From the NCBI GenBank assembly GCA_963733035.1, contig CAVTBU010000005.1, forward strand, positions 2,048,001 through 2,112,000: DNA of 64,000 nt, given 5' to 3'. This stretch comes from Pirellulales bacterium (GTDB lineage Bacteria > Planctomycetota > Planctomycetia > Pirellulales > PALSA-1355). A program made the translations under genes and the position numbers. Of the stretch, positions 24,367-35,227 are shown piece by piece. How positions within the stretch are numbered: position 1 is the stretch's first letter; the number at the start of each line of letters is the position of its first letter. The notes below the pieces were generated by a model. The model worked only from the letters and a program-made list of their open reading frames with translations, was not told where the DNA came from and did not search any database.

Positions 24367-24535
24367 AGTATGCCCTCCCTATGAAAAGGACGACCCGAGG
24401 AAGATGAAGGAGGAGGACTAAGGGAAAACGAAGAACAACCGTCGACATCCATACATCGGTCGTTGCTCGTTCGTCCCTTATTCTGCTGACTTCAACGTTC
24501 TTCCAGGTCTAATTCCCTCTTATCTTCTGCTCTAC

Positions 24536-27500
24536 CTAGACGCGACGCTTTTCCAATTGCATGTTCAGCCCCAGTCCGCGAATCTCGTTGGTCAGCACGT
24601 CGAAGCTGGCCGGGGTCCCGGCTTCCAGCGTGTTTTCACCTTTGACCATCGATTCGTAAATTTTCGTGCGACCCTCGACGTCGTCGCTCTTGACCGTCAG
24701 CAACTCCTGCAAAATGTAAGCGGCGCCATAAGCTTCCAGCGCCCAGACTTCCATTTCTCCGAATCGTTGACCACCGAATCGCGCCTTGCCGCCCAGCGGT
24801 TGCTGCGTGATGAGCGAATAGGGCCCTGTGCTTCGGGCATGCACCTTGTCGTCGACCAGGTGATGCAGCTTGAGCATGTAGATGTAGCCGACGGTCGTTT
24901 CCTGTTCGAACGGTTCGCCCGTGCGGCCGTCGTACAGCTGTGCTTTGCCGTGGACCGGCAAACCGGCTTCGGCCAAAGCACTTTGAATCGTCTCTTCGGT
25001 GGCGCCATCGAATACAGGCGTAATCGCCTGAAACTGCAGCTTGGCACCGGCCCAACCGAGATGGGTTTCGAGAATCTGGCCCACGTTCATACGGCTGGGC
25101 ACGCCCAGCGGATTTAGCAGGATCTGCAGCGGCGTACCGTCGGCTAAAAACGGCATGTCTTCGATCGGCAGAATCTTGGCAATCACGCCTTTGTTTCCGT
25201 GGCGACCGGCCATCTTGTCGCCCACGGAGATAACGCGCTTCGCGGCGATGTAGACTTTCACCATCTGCAACACGCCGCTCCGCAATTCATCGCCCCGCTT
25301 CATGGAGTTCAATTTGCGGTCGCGATCGTCAATCGCCTGCTCGACGATCGGCCAGTGGTTCTTGTAGGCCTTTTCCACGTCGGCCTTCCGCTGCGGACTG
25401 CGAATGTCGATCGAGTCAATCTTGAACCGCTGGGCCTGGTCCGCGATATATTTCGGATCTTGATCGCGGACGACAGGCGTGCCCTCGTCGTCGACCACCG
25501 GACGCTGCAGGATGCCTTCAATCTCCTCGACCATCGCGCTAAAGGTCGACGCGATTTGGGCAGCGCCCTCGGCTTCGGCTTCCTTGAGGGCCTTTTCGAA
25601 CGCCTTTCTTTCGTCTTCCGAAAGGCTCAGACGTCGCGAAAACTTCTGCGTGTCGATCACGATGCCTTCGACGCCGGAGGGGACGTCGAGCGAATCATTT
25701 TTCACGTCTTCGCCGGCCCGGCCGAAGATCGCGTGCAATAACTTCTCTTCCGGCGTGAGCTCGGTCTTCGATTTTGGCGAGACTTTGCCAACCAGAATGT
25801 CACCCGGGCGAACGTACGTCCCGATCCGGACGATTCCGCTTTCGTCCAAGTTGCGGAGCGCCTTTTCGCTGACGTTAGGAATATCGCGAGTAAACTCCTC
25901 TCGGCCGAGCTTCGTTTCCCGAATTTCGATATCGAACTCTTCGATGTGGATCGACGTGTAGGTGTCATCCTTGACCAGCTCTTCGCTAATGATGATGGCA
26001 TCCTCGAAGTTGAAGCCGTCCCACACCATAAACCCAACCAGCACGTTGCGACCCAGGGCCAATTCTCCCTGGAAGGTGGCGGCTCCGTCGGCGATCACGT
26101 CCCCCTTTTCCACCTTCTGACCGACCTCGACAATCGGCTTCTGGTTTTGACAGGTCCGTTCGTTGAGGCCCACGAATTTGCGGAGGGGATAGGCCTCGCT
26201 GCCGATCTCGATTCGCGTGCTGTCGACATACGTGATGGTACCCTTGCGGCGGGCGCGTACGATCATGCCCGAATTCGTAGCCACGTCGCGCTCCATGCCG
26301 GTGGCGACCACCGGTGGCTCGCTGACCAGCAGCGGCACCGCTTGCCGCTGCATGTTGGACCCCATCAGGGCCCGGTTCGCGTCGTCGTGTTCGAGGAACG
26401 GAATCAGGCCGGCGGACACACCAACCATCTGGCTAGGCGCCACGTCGATGTATTCCACCTTGTCGATCGGCACCATCTCGAAGTCCGAATGGTAACGAGC
26501 GATCAGGGTGTCGCCCTGCAGTTTCCCGTTTTCAACCAGGGCGTCGGCTGGAGCCAAATACGCTTCACTCTCTTCGTCGGCACGTAGCCATACCACTTCG
26601 TCGGTCAACTTGCCATTGGTCACTTTTCGATAGGGCGTGACCAAAAAACCGTACTCGTCGACGGCCGAGTAAATTGCCAAACTCGAAATCAGGCCGATGT
26701 TCGTACCTTCCGGCGTTTCGATCGGACAGATGCGTCCGTAGTGCGAAATATGCACGTCGCGGACTTCAAAACCGGCCCGCTTGCGATTCAAACCGCCGGG
26801 CCCCAGCGCCGATAGTCGCCGTTCATGCGTGAGCATCGAAAGCGGATTCGTCTGATCGACCACTTGCGACAGTTCGCCGCGGCCAAAGAAGTACTCGATC
26901 GCAGCCGAAATGCTCTTCGGATTGATCAGGCTCCTCGGCGTCATATCCTCGACTTCCTTCAGGCTCATCCGCTCCTGCACGGTGCGGCGCAGCTTAAGGA
27001 AGCCCTTGCGCAGCTCGTCGCAAGCCAATTCGTCGATTGTTCGCAGACGACGATTGCCCAAGTGGTCAATATCGTCGATCTCCACGTCCGGATCGCCGTC
27101 GGTCAACTTCAACAGGTATTTGATCGACGCAATCAGATCCTCGGGACGTAGCGTCATCTCGCTTTCGGACACGTTGAGCTTCAGCTTCCGGTTGATGCGG
27201 AAGCGGCCGACCTTGCCGAGACGGTAACGGTTGGTGTCGAAGAACTTTTCGTGGAACAGGGCCTTGGCCTTCTCTAACTGCGGCGGATTCCCCGGCGCAG
27301 CCGCTGGTAGATTCGCAGCAATGCCTCTTCATGGCTGCTGGTCGCATCCTCCGACAGGCTGTTAAAGATCAGCGGGTTCTTGGCATCGGTCATGACTTCG
27401 ATCGACGACAGGCCCGAGGTGCAGATGATCTCGGCGACGTTCTTCGTGATCTTCTGTCCGCCTTCGAGAATCACCTCGCCTGCCTTCTCGCTGGAAGCGG

Positions 27501-28245
27501 GGTAGACGACGTCGTCGACCGCGATCTTGCCCTCAATCTTCGAAACGCTGCGGCCATCGACGACTTTCTCAACCGAGGTGTCGTAAAAAACGCGAATCAG
27601 TTGGGCATTCAAGCTGTACTTGGGATCCATCGCACGCAGCAGCGTCATCGCCGAGAATTTGCCGCTCTGGTCGATCCGCACACTGAGCGTATCCTTCTTG
27701 CTGGTATTCAACTCAATCCAGCTACCGCGCTCGGGAATGATGCGGCAGCTGAAAGTGCGGCGGTCGCCAGCCTCGAGTTCGCTGACGAAGTCGACGCCGG
27801 GGCTACGGTGCAACTGACTAACCACGACGCGTTCCGCACCGTTGATGATGAACTCGCCGCCGCCAAGCATGATCGGCATGTCGCCCAGATAGACTTCTTC
27901 CTCAACTGGTTGCTCCTTCGTAAGTCGCAACCAGACGCGGAACGGCCGGCCGTACGTGAGCCGCAACTGGCGACATTCGTGCGGTTCGTAGCGAGGCTTA
28001 CCCAGTTCGTAGCGAACGTACTCCAGCCGCAGCGTCTTGTCGTAGCTCTCGATTGGAAAGATTTCTCGGAGCACGCCCTCGATGCCTTGATCGGCGCGCT
28101 TGCCGGGCGCGGCATCGTATTGCAGGAACGCCTCATAACTACGCGTCTGGATTTCCGTCAGGTCTGGAATTGCGTGCATCTGACGCAAACTTCCAAAATG
28201 ACGAACTTCCTTGGGACGCAGGCGACGTTCTGCCGATGTGGCCAT
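24536..28245 (-). CDS. rpoB: DNA-directed RNA polymerase subunit beta; one base missing near 27294
   Basis: N-part 27274..28245 ([19 protein letters not shown]) and C-part ([36 protein letters not shown]). Adding one C restores [20 protein letters not shown] (span 3710 nt = 3n+2). Confidence 0.96.
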
Positions 28246-28580
28246 GGTAGGATCCTCTGGCTAGCTGTGAATCGTCAACGAATAGGGCGGGGCACATCGG
28301 GCGCGCAATTGGAGCGCCGCAGCCAAATGCCATTCACGCACGGAAGAAACGAAACGGACCAAGCGGGCACCAGCCGGGTGAGCCGAACTCCTCGGCGAAC
28401 CGTTCCGAAGGAACCAGCCCACCGACGCGGAGCACGTACGCCAACCTGGAGGTTGCATGCCGGACAAGGCACCATCGGACATTGGGCGGAAAGTCGCCGG
28501 CAAAATACCGGCGCTTCTGCCACGCCGAGCACAATGCCCGGTGCTGCCGCCTGTCTGGGTGTCACGCACTACATGACTCA

Positions 28581-28997
28581 CTACTTGACCGAAACCGTCG
28601 CGCCGGCTTCTTCCAGTTCCTTCTTGATCTTTTCGGCCTCTTCCTTGGACACGCCTTCCTTAACCTTGCTGGGCGCGCCTTCGACCAGATCCTTGGCTTC
28701 CTTGAGCCCCAGGTTCGTAATCGTGCGGACGACCTTGATGACGCCGATTTTCTTGTCGCCAAAGGCTTCAAGGACGACGTCGAATTCGGTCTTTTCTTCG
28801 GCCGCGGCACCACCGCCACCACCGTCGCCGGCCGCAGGCGCGATCATCACGCCACCGCCCGTGGCGGCCTTGATGCCGTGGACGTCTTCCAAGTAGTCAC
28901 TCAACTCCTTGGCCTGCTTGAGCGTTAGCTCGACGATCTTATCGCCGAGCTGCTTCGTGTCGGCCGAGAATTCACGTTCTTGCACGTCAGTTGCCAT
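28581..28997 (-). CDS. rplL: 50S ribosomal protein L7/L12
   Basis: [10 protein letters not shown]...KIGVIKVVR...[14 protein letters not shown]...LEEAGATV. Confidence 0.98.
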   Translation of the reverse strand: MATDVQEREFSADTKQLGDKIVELTLKQAKELSDYLEDVHGIKAATGGGVMIAPAAGDGGGGGAAAEEKTEFDVVLEAFGDKKIGVIKVVRTITNLGLKEAKDLVEGAPSKVKEGVSKEEAEKIKKELEEAGATVSVK

Positions 28998-29157
28998 CGC
29001 GCTATCTTCCTTTCACACATTAAGTCCCGGCGGAGTCGGTTCATGGCACCCGACGCTGCCGGCTGGGTCGAAGTTGTCTGGTTTGTTGTCTAGCTCTCGT
29101 TTAGAAACTCAAACGGTCGCTTGCCACCGCCACGGGTGGGGCGCCGTTAATGGTCGA

Positions 29158-29730
29158 TCATTTCGCGTCTTCTTCGGCCGCCGGTGCGGCGTCGACGGCG
29201 GGCCCCTCGTCGTCGGCTCCTTCACTCTTTTGCTTGACTTGGCTGGCCAGTGCACCGCCCGGACCAATGAGTTGCGAAGCCAGCTTCGAACCCGGCGAGA
29301 GAATCTGACCCACCAGAATGCTGAGCTGCTCCTGGCGAGTAGGCCACTTGCTGACCTGCTCGACCTCTTCGGGTTTCAGGGCCGCTCCCCCCATCACACC
29401 GCCGCGAGGAACGAATTTCTCAAATTCCTTGTCGCCGGCGATCCGCACGACTTCCTTGGCGAGGGCCACGATATCCGAGGCACCCCAGACCATCGCCAAT
29501 GCCCCCTCGGAGCCTTCAAAGGCCGGGGCCAACTGGGTTCCCTCGGTGGCCCGGCGAGCAAGGCTGTTCTTGACCACCAGCAGCTTGATCCCTTTGTCGC
29601 GCAGTTGCTTCCGTAGCGATGTGGTGCTATTGGCTGACAGTCCCACGACGTTCACCAACAACAATTCCTCCACGCCGTCGAGCTCGCGCTTCAGTTGATC
29701 GGTGATCAGGTCCTTGACGAATTTGCTCAT
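29158..29730 (-). CDS. rplJ: 50S ribosomal protein L10
   Basis: LRKQLRDKGIKLLVVKNSLARRA; position between rplA and rplL. Confidence 0.93.
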   Translation of the reverse strand: MSKFVKDLITDQLKRELDGVEELLLVNVVGLSANSTTSLRKQLRDKGIKLLVVKNSLARRATEGTQLAPAFEGSEGALAMVWGASDIVALAKEVVRIAGDKEFEKFVPRGGVMGGAALKPEEVEQVSKWPTRQEQLSILVGQILSPGSKLASQLIGPGGALASQVKQKSEGADDEGPAVDAAPAAEEDAK

Positions 29731-29839
29731 GTTAACTCTGCCTTGAGCACGCACTGCCGAATGTCTGCTGTTCGGTGCGGCGCTCGTGTTGTTTGCGGGT
29801 TGATGGCCGTTTCTATCTCGTTGACTCTTGTTTGCGGAT

Positions 29840-30523
29840 TTAACCGACGACGCGCACCGAGGGGCTCATCGTGGCACTGATCGCGATGCCCTTGACGTAC
29901 TGACCCTTGACCGAGTGCGGTTTGATGGACTGCACGTGATGGATGAAGGCCTGAATGTTTTCGGCGAGCTTCTGTGCGTCGAAGCTCAACTTACCGATCA
30001 CGGCATGCACGTTACCACCAGCGTCGGTACGAAATTCAACCTTACCGGCCTTGTATTCCTTGACGGTTTTGGCAACTTCGGGCGTTACCGTGCCGGCACG
30101 TGGCGAAGGCATCAAGCCGCGCGGGCCGAGCACGCGGCCCAGCGGACCAACAATTCCCATCATGTCCGGCGCGGCAATACAGGCGTCGAAGTCAGTCCAA
30201 CCGTCTTTGATTCGTTTGGCCAGGTCTTCGCCGCCAACCTCGTCGGCGCCGGCCTCCTTGGCGGCGTCGGCCAAGTCACCCTTGGCAAAAACAACGACTC
30301 GCTGCGTCTTGCCGATGCCGTTCGGCAGGACGATCGAGCCGCGGACGATCTGGTCGGCCTGTTTGACGTCAACGCCCAGTCGCATCGCGATATCGACCGA
30401 CTGATCGAATTTCGTGTTGTCATAGGTCTTGAGAATCTCGACGGCCCGCTCCAACGGCTGCGGTTCCTGGCCGGGACTCTTTTCGACGAGCGGACGGAGC
30501 CGCTTGGATACTTTGGTGGTCAT
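29840..30523 (-). CDS. rplA: 50S ribosomal protein L1
   Basis: [15 protein letters not shown]...[20 protein letters not shown]...SATMSP. Confidence 0.98.
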   Translation of the reverse strand: MTTKVSKRLRPLVEKSPGQEPQPLERAVEILKTYDNTKFDQSVDIAMRLGVDVKQADQIVRGSIVLPNGIGKTQRVVVFAKGDLADAAKEAGADEVGGEDLAKRIKDGWTDFDACIAAPDMMGIVGPLGRVLGPRGLMPSPRAGTVTPEVAKTVKEYKAGKVEFRTDAGGNVHAVIGKLSFDAQKLAENIQAFIHHVQSIKPHSVKGQYVKGIAISATMSPSVRVVG

Positions 30524-30597
30524 GTGTGTCTACTTTGTTTGTTTCGCTTTGATTGCGGCGATTGCTGGGCGATCGGCTAGCGTGTGGCCAAGCCCTG

Positions 30598-31023
30598 TCA
30601 GTCGGTCACTTCCAAGCCCATGCTGCGAGCCGTGCCTTCGACCATTCGCGCCGCATGATCGGCATCGCTGGCATTGAGGTCGGCCAATTTCATTTTCACA
30701 ATTCCCAGTATCTGCTCCCGCGTCACCGAGCCGACCTTATCCTTATTGGGAACACCCGAGCCCTTGGCAATGCCAGCCGCCTGTTTGAGCAGCGCGGCTG
30801 CCGGGGGGCTTTTGGTAACAAAGTCAAACGAGCGATCGTTGTACACGTTGACCACCACGGGAATCGGCATGCCGCCGGCTTCCTTCGTGCGGTCGTTAAA
30901 TTGCGAGACGAATTGCCCCAGGTTGATGCCGTACTTGCCGAGCGACGTGCCAACCGGAGGCGCCGGCGTGGCCTGTCCGCCCGGCACCTGAAACTTCGCC
31001 TGTCCTACGAGTTGTTTTGCCAT
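30598..31023 (-). CDS. rplK: 50S ribosomal protein L11
   Basis: GGQATPAPPVGTSLG...KSPPAAALLK...GTARSMG. Confidence 0.98.
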   Translation of the reverse strand: MAKQLVGQAKFQVPGGQATPAPPVGTSLGKYGINLGQFVSQFNDRTKEAGGMPIPVVVNVYNDRSFDFVTKSPPAAALLKQAAGIAKGSGVPNKDKVGSVTREQILGIVKMKLADLNASDADHAARMVEGTARSMGLEVTD

Positions 31024-31129
31024 GGGTCGCGACTGTTGGTTAGTGGTCAGTGGCTAAGGTATTTGTGGGCGAATTCCGCAACAGCTTCCGATCAGTGACC
31101 AGCCACTAGTCACGCACCGACAGCCATTC

Positions 31130-31999
31130 TCATATCGATTCGATTTGCCAGTATTCCAATTCCACGGGCGTCGAACGTCCGAAGATGTTGATCATCACCG
31201 TCACGCGGCCGCTGGCCTCGTCGATCGAATCAACCTCTCCCTCGAAGTTCTCAAACGTCCCTTCGTTGATCTTTACCCGATCGCCAACGTTGAAGTTGAT
31301 CTTCAACTTCGGCGCCTCGTCGGCCTTCTCTTCCTGCTTGGAGACGATCTTTGACACTTCGTGAGCGAGCATCGGCGTGGGCTTTCCCGCCGATCCGGTG
31401 AAATCGCCGATCCCCGGCGTCTCCCGCACCAGGAACCACGTCTCGTCGTTGATTTCCATGTGGGCCACCAGGTAGCCCGGATAGAGCTTCCGCTTGACGA
31501 CCCGCTTCTTGCCTCCCTTGAATTCCGACACCATCTCCGTGGGGACGATAATTTCTCCAAAATAGCGGTCGAGGCCGGCCACCTTCACCCGGCGCTGCAG
31601 GCTCTCGCGGATGGAATCCTCGCGGTTGCTTTGCACTTTGAGGATGTACCAATCCATCTTCGGCTCGTCTTCTCCGACGGGCGTCTCCTCGATCGGCCCA
31701 CGCGGCTCAACCTCTTCCTCCTCAGCCGCCGGCGATTCGAGCCCGGCAACCTCGCTTTCAGACGCCTCGGCCGCCGCCGCGCTCGACGCCACCTCTCCCT
31801 CGCTTGATTCGGGCGACACGCCGGCATCGTCGCGCACCTCCTGGTGGGCTACATCGCTGGGCGACATTTCACTTGCCACGTCGCGCGACTCGTCCTCACG
31901 CTGGGCTCGTTCGGCCGCATCGCTGGGCGGCATCGCCGTCGTCGGATTAGTGGCCGCCTCGTCGGGCGCCTGGCTCGCATTGTGCGGGTGTTCGGTCAC
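31130..31999 (-). CDS. nusG: Transcription termination/antitermination factor NusG with long acidic N-terminal extension (start uncertain)
   Basis: WYILKVQSNRE...RKLYPGY...VRETPGIGDF...KOW GDRVKINEGTFENFEG...IFGRSTPVEL. Confidence 0.96.
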   Translation of the reverse strand: MTEHPHNASQAPDEAATNPTTAMPPSDAAERAQREDESRDVASEMSPSDVAHQEVRDDAGVSPESSEGEVASSAAAAEASESEVAGLESPAAEEEEVEPRGPIEETPVGEDEPKMDWYILKVQSNREDSIRESLQRRVKVAGLDRYFGEIIVPTEMVSEFKGGKKRVVKRKLYPGYLVAHMEINDETWFLVRETPGIGDFTGSAGKPTPMLAHEVSKIVSKQEEKADEAPKLKINFNVGDRVKINEGTFENFEGEVDSIDEASGRVTVMINIFGRSTPVELEYWQIESI

Positions 32000-32052
32000 G
32001 CGTACGTACCTAAAAATTTCGGCAAAGATCGAAGGCCGCGGTTCACGGACGA

Positions 32053-32520
32053 CTATTCACCGCCCTGAACCACTCCCAACAGACTTAGCAACTGCCGCCA
32101 AAACACGTCGTATCCAAATAAGACCAGCGCCAGAAACAGGATCAACAAGATCACGACCAGCGAACTGCGAATCAACTCCGCTCTCGTGGGCCAGGAAACC
32201 TTGTTCATTTCCGCTTCAACAGCGATCAGGAAATCCGCAAAGCTTGGAATATTGACCAACCGAAACGCAATCCAAATTCCTACCAGGGCCAACAGTCCAG
32301 GAAGCCCAAACCGCATCACGTGCTCGCTGTTGTCGCCCAAAAAAGGGACGCGCCATCCGATTGCGGCCACGCTTAACCGCCAAGCCCCCAGCAGCACGCC
32401 CAAAGCCAGTACGGCAAACGTAACCTGCCGGGCCACGCGACCCTGGCTGCGTTTGTAAATGCCGAGCTGGAACAGTTCTCGAAAAAACAGGCCCAGCGGG
32501 GCGTTCTTTTCCTTCGCCAT
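32053..32520 (-). CDS. secE: Preprotein translocase subunit SecE (long, three-TM form)
   Basis: FLIAVEAEMNKVSWPTRAEL SecE motif; between tRNA-Trp and nusG. Confidence 0.93.
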   Translation of the reverse strand: MAKEKNAPLGLFFRELFQLGIYKRSQGRVARQVTFAVLALGVLLGAWRLSVAAIGWRVPFLGDNSEHVMRFGLPGLLALVGIWIAFRLVNIPSFADFLIAVEAEMNKVSWPTRAELIRSSLVVILLILFLALVLFGYDVFWRQLLSLLGVVQGGE

Positions 32521-32682
32521 GACGTTGCTCGTGCGTGGTCGGCTCGATATCGATTAGCGCCGGACGTCTTGCCCGATGCTCCGGTTGGAATCGCGAATCA
32601 CACAAACCCGAAAACTAAACGACGAAGCAAGCCACGGCCGGTGCGATTCCACCCGGCCGAGCACACCTCACGCTTTATGAAC

Positions 32683-32758
32683 TGGCAGGGGCGGCGGGAA
32701 TCGAACTCGCAACCTCTGGTTTTGGAGACCAGCGCTCTGCCAATTGAGCTACACCCCT
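32683..32758 (-). tRNA. tRNA-Trp (CCA)
   Basis: AGGGGTGTAGCTCAATTGGCAGAGCGCTGGTCTCCAAAACCAGAGGTTGCGAGTTCGATTCCCGCCGCCCCTGCCA; cloverleaf with encoded CCA end. Confidence 0.96.
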
Positions 32759-32821
32759 GCAAAGCGGACCGTCGCGAGCGGCTGCTTTAGCCACCGCCAC
32801 GGTAACCGACCTTGTTCGCTA

Positions 32822-34021
32822 CTACGCAATGATCTTCGTGACCACGCCGGAGCCCACCGTGCGGCCGCCTTCGCGAATTGCGAAACGCACACCGTCATCC
32901 ATGGCAATCGGCGTAATCAACTCCACACTCAGCTTGGCATTGTCACCCGGCATGCACATTTCAGCATCGCCGACCAGGTTGGCCGAGCCGGTCACGTCGG
33001 TCGTGCGGAAGTAAAACTGCGGACGGTAACCGCTAAAGAACGGCGTATGGCGCCCGCCTTCCTCCTTCGACAACACGTAGACCTCGGCCTCGAACTTGGT
33101 GTGCGGCGTGATCGAACCTGGCTTGGCCAACACCTGACCGCGCTCGATTTCCTCACGCTTGATACCACGCAAGAGCACGCCAACGTTGTCGCCAGCCTGC
33201 CCCTGATCGAGTGTCTTATTGAACATCTCGACACCGGTGCAGGTCGTCTTACGTGACTTGTCGCTCAGACCGATCACCTCAACCTCGTCGCCGACCTTGC
33301 AGATGCCGCGCTCAATACGGCCGGTGGCCACGGTACCGCGGCCTTCGATCGAAAACACGTCCTCGATCGCCATCAGGAACGGCTTGTCGACTTCGCGCTG
33401 CGGCTCCGGAATATAGCTGTCGATCGCATCCAGCAACTCCTGGATGCACTTGGTCTTTTCCGGATCGGTCGGGTTGTCATAAGCGAGCTTGCCGGCACCT
33501 CGGATGATCGGAATCTCGTCGCCCGGGAAGCCATACTTCGTGAGCAGCTCACGCAGCTCAAGCTCCACCAACTCGAGCAATTCCGGATCGTCGACCAGAT
33601 CGACCTTGTTCAGGAACACGACCAAAGCCGGCACGCCCACCTGGCGGGCCAACAGGATGTGCTCGCGGGTTTGTGGCATCGGGCCGTCGACGGCCGACAC
33701 GACCAGGATCGCGCCGTCCATCTGGGCCGCACCGGTGATCATGTTCTTGATGAAGTCGGCGTGACCAGGGCAGTCGATGTGGGCGTAATGGCGATTCTCG
33801 CTTTCGTACTCGACGTGACTGACGGCGATCGTCACCGTCTTCGTCTCATCGCGAACGGTACCGCCCTTGGCGATATCCGCGTACGACTTAAAGTTCGCCA
33901 AACCCTTGGCCGACTGCACTGCCAGAAGGGCACCGGTCAATGTGGTTTTACCGTGATCAATGTGACCGATCGTGCCCACATTGACGTGTGGCTTCTTCCG
34001 TTCAAATGTGTCCTTGGCCAT
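32822..34021 (-). CDS. tuf: Elongation factor Tu
   Basis: [50 protein letters not shown]. Confidence 0.99.
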   Translation of the reverse strand: MAKDTFERKKPHVNVGTIGHIDHGKTTLTGALLAVQSAKGLANFKSYADIAKGGTVRDETKTVTIAVSHVEYESENRHYAHIDCPGHADFIKNMITGAAQMDGAILVVSAVDGPMPQTREHILLARQVGVPALVVFLNKVDLVDDPELLELVELELRELLTKYGFPGDEIPIIRGAGKLAYDNPTDPEKTKCIQELLDAIDSYIPEPQREVDKPFLMAIEDVFSIEGRGTVATGRIERGICKVGDEVEVIGLSDKSRKTTCTGVEMFNKTLDQGQAGDNVGVLLRGIKREEIERGQVLAKPGSITPHTKFEAEVYVLSKEEGGRHTPFFSGYRPQFYFRTTDVTGSANLVGDAEMCMPGDNAKLSVELITPIAMDDGVRFAIREGGRTVGSGVVTKIIA

Positions 34022-34090
34022 TCTTTCTCCCTGATCTTTCTACGACAGATGTGTTTGTGAACTGGGTTATCTTGCAAATCCAAATATCAA

Positions 34091-34163
<73 letters not shown>

Positions 34164-34254
34164 CCGAGTTCATCCCTGCATTTCATTCATCCTGCGTACC
34201 CGCCCGATTGCTGCTGTCGTCCGGGCCAAAGGCATTTCAATTCATGTCAAACTA

Positions 34255-34325
34255 AGCGGGTGAAGGGAATCGAACCCTCGTCTTTAGCTTGGAAGGCTAT
34301 GGCTCTACCATTGAGCTACACCCGC
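34255..34325 (-). tRNA. tRNA-Gly (TCC)
   Basis: GCGGGTGTAGCTCAATGGTAGAGCCATAGCCTTCCAAGCTAAAGACGAGGGTTCGATTCCCTTCACCCGCT. Confidence 0.95.
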
Positions 34326-34504
34326 GTGTCACAGCACCCTGGCAAGCACTTCGATGTCAACCACGCTCCGCTCGGCCCGCCACTGAACCGTGCTACGTTT
34401 CCTCTCCCGAGACCCAAGCCCCCCTACCTACAACCAACCCGACCTACCAGCGAACTCATTCTGAGAACCACGTCCAAGGCAGGCGAATATCAACGCAAAA
34501 CTAG

Positions 34505-34586
34505 TGGGGGGTACAGGATTCGAACCTGTGAAGGCAGTGCCATCAGATTTACAGTCTGACCCCTTTGACCGCTCGGGAAACCCCCC
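34505..34586 (-). tRNA. tRNA-Tyr (GTA)
   Basis: GGGGGGTTTCCCGAGCGGTCAAAGGGGTCAGACTGTAAATCTGATGGCACTGCCTTCACAGGTTCGAATCCTGTACCCCCCA; long variable arm. Confidence 0.95.
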
Positions 34587-34684
34587 GCTCACTCCTGGCC
34601 CGACAACCGTGTCCCACTGGGACGGGCGTGTTCCCGGAAATCCGATCCTCAGCCGATGACCGCCTTCCCCTCCGCCGCTCTGAG

Positions 34685-34757
34685 AGCTAGCGGAGGGACT
34701 TGAACCCACAACCTGCTGATTACAAATCAGCTGCTCTGCCAATTGAGCTACGCTAGC
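34685..34757 (-). tRNA. tRNA-Thr (TGT)
   Basis: GCTAGCGTAGCTCAATTGGCAGAGCAGCTGATTTGTAATCAGCAGGTTGTGGGTTCAAGTCCCTCCGCTAGCT; classic Thr-Tyr-Gly-Thr-tuf arrangement. Confidence 0.95.
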
Positions 34758-34781
34758 GCGTTCCCCCTACGAAAACCACTA

Positions 34782-34809
34782 AATATAACGAACTTATCCA
34801 CCCGTGCAA
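34782..34809 (-). promoter_or_regulatory. Putative sigma-70 promoter of the tRNA-tuf operon
   Basis: Minus strand TTGCAC-N16-TATATT about 25 nt upstream of tRNA-Thr; a 16-bp spacer is typical of stable-RNA promoters. Confidence 0.55.
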
Positions 34810-35227
34810 TACGGGGCGTCCGGGGCAATTTCGGCGATCTCCGTCCACCAACGACAAAAGCCACCAAACGCCCGATAAGCGGAAAATCAAAGTGCTGACC
34901 GCCCGCTAAAAATTCTCCGTTTACACGATTCGTGCCCCAGCCGAGAAGAGAACGACGCAGTGCGCGCAAGCCCCATCGACTGGCAACAATCAAGGAACAT
35001 GCCGGGCGACAAAGATGGCTCCACGAGGAGATCTGCTTTACTCCGCTAAATCGTGCAGCCGCTCGCCGGCCTCCTTTTGGCTCGATCCCCTGGCTCGGGG
35101 CACCAACGAAAGCATCCCCGAGGGCTCCAGGCGAGCTCTCGGGGGTGCTGTGCGAAACCTAATCACAAACAAGATGCTACGGCACGAGTAATTTCCCGTC
35201 TAGGGGGGACCCCCGACAGACGGATAC

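Noticed and set aside
24536..28245. Naturally split rpoB or programmed frameshift
   Set aside because: The break falls inside the conserved RLRPG motif, one added C repairs it, and there is no slippery heptamer or separate RBS/start logic.
19795..28896. Long plus-strand ORFs antisense to rpoB/rpoC/rplL (e.g. 19795..21144, 23281..24384, 27331..28896)
   Set aside because: Shadow ORFs expected from GC-rich codon bias on the opposite strand; no protein motifs.
28246..29839. L10 leader or other r-protein leader RNAs
   Set aside because: Spacers are long, but I could not recognise a conserved leader structure by eye; an Rfam/Infernal scan is needed.
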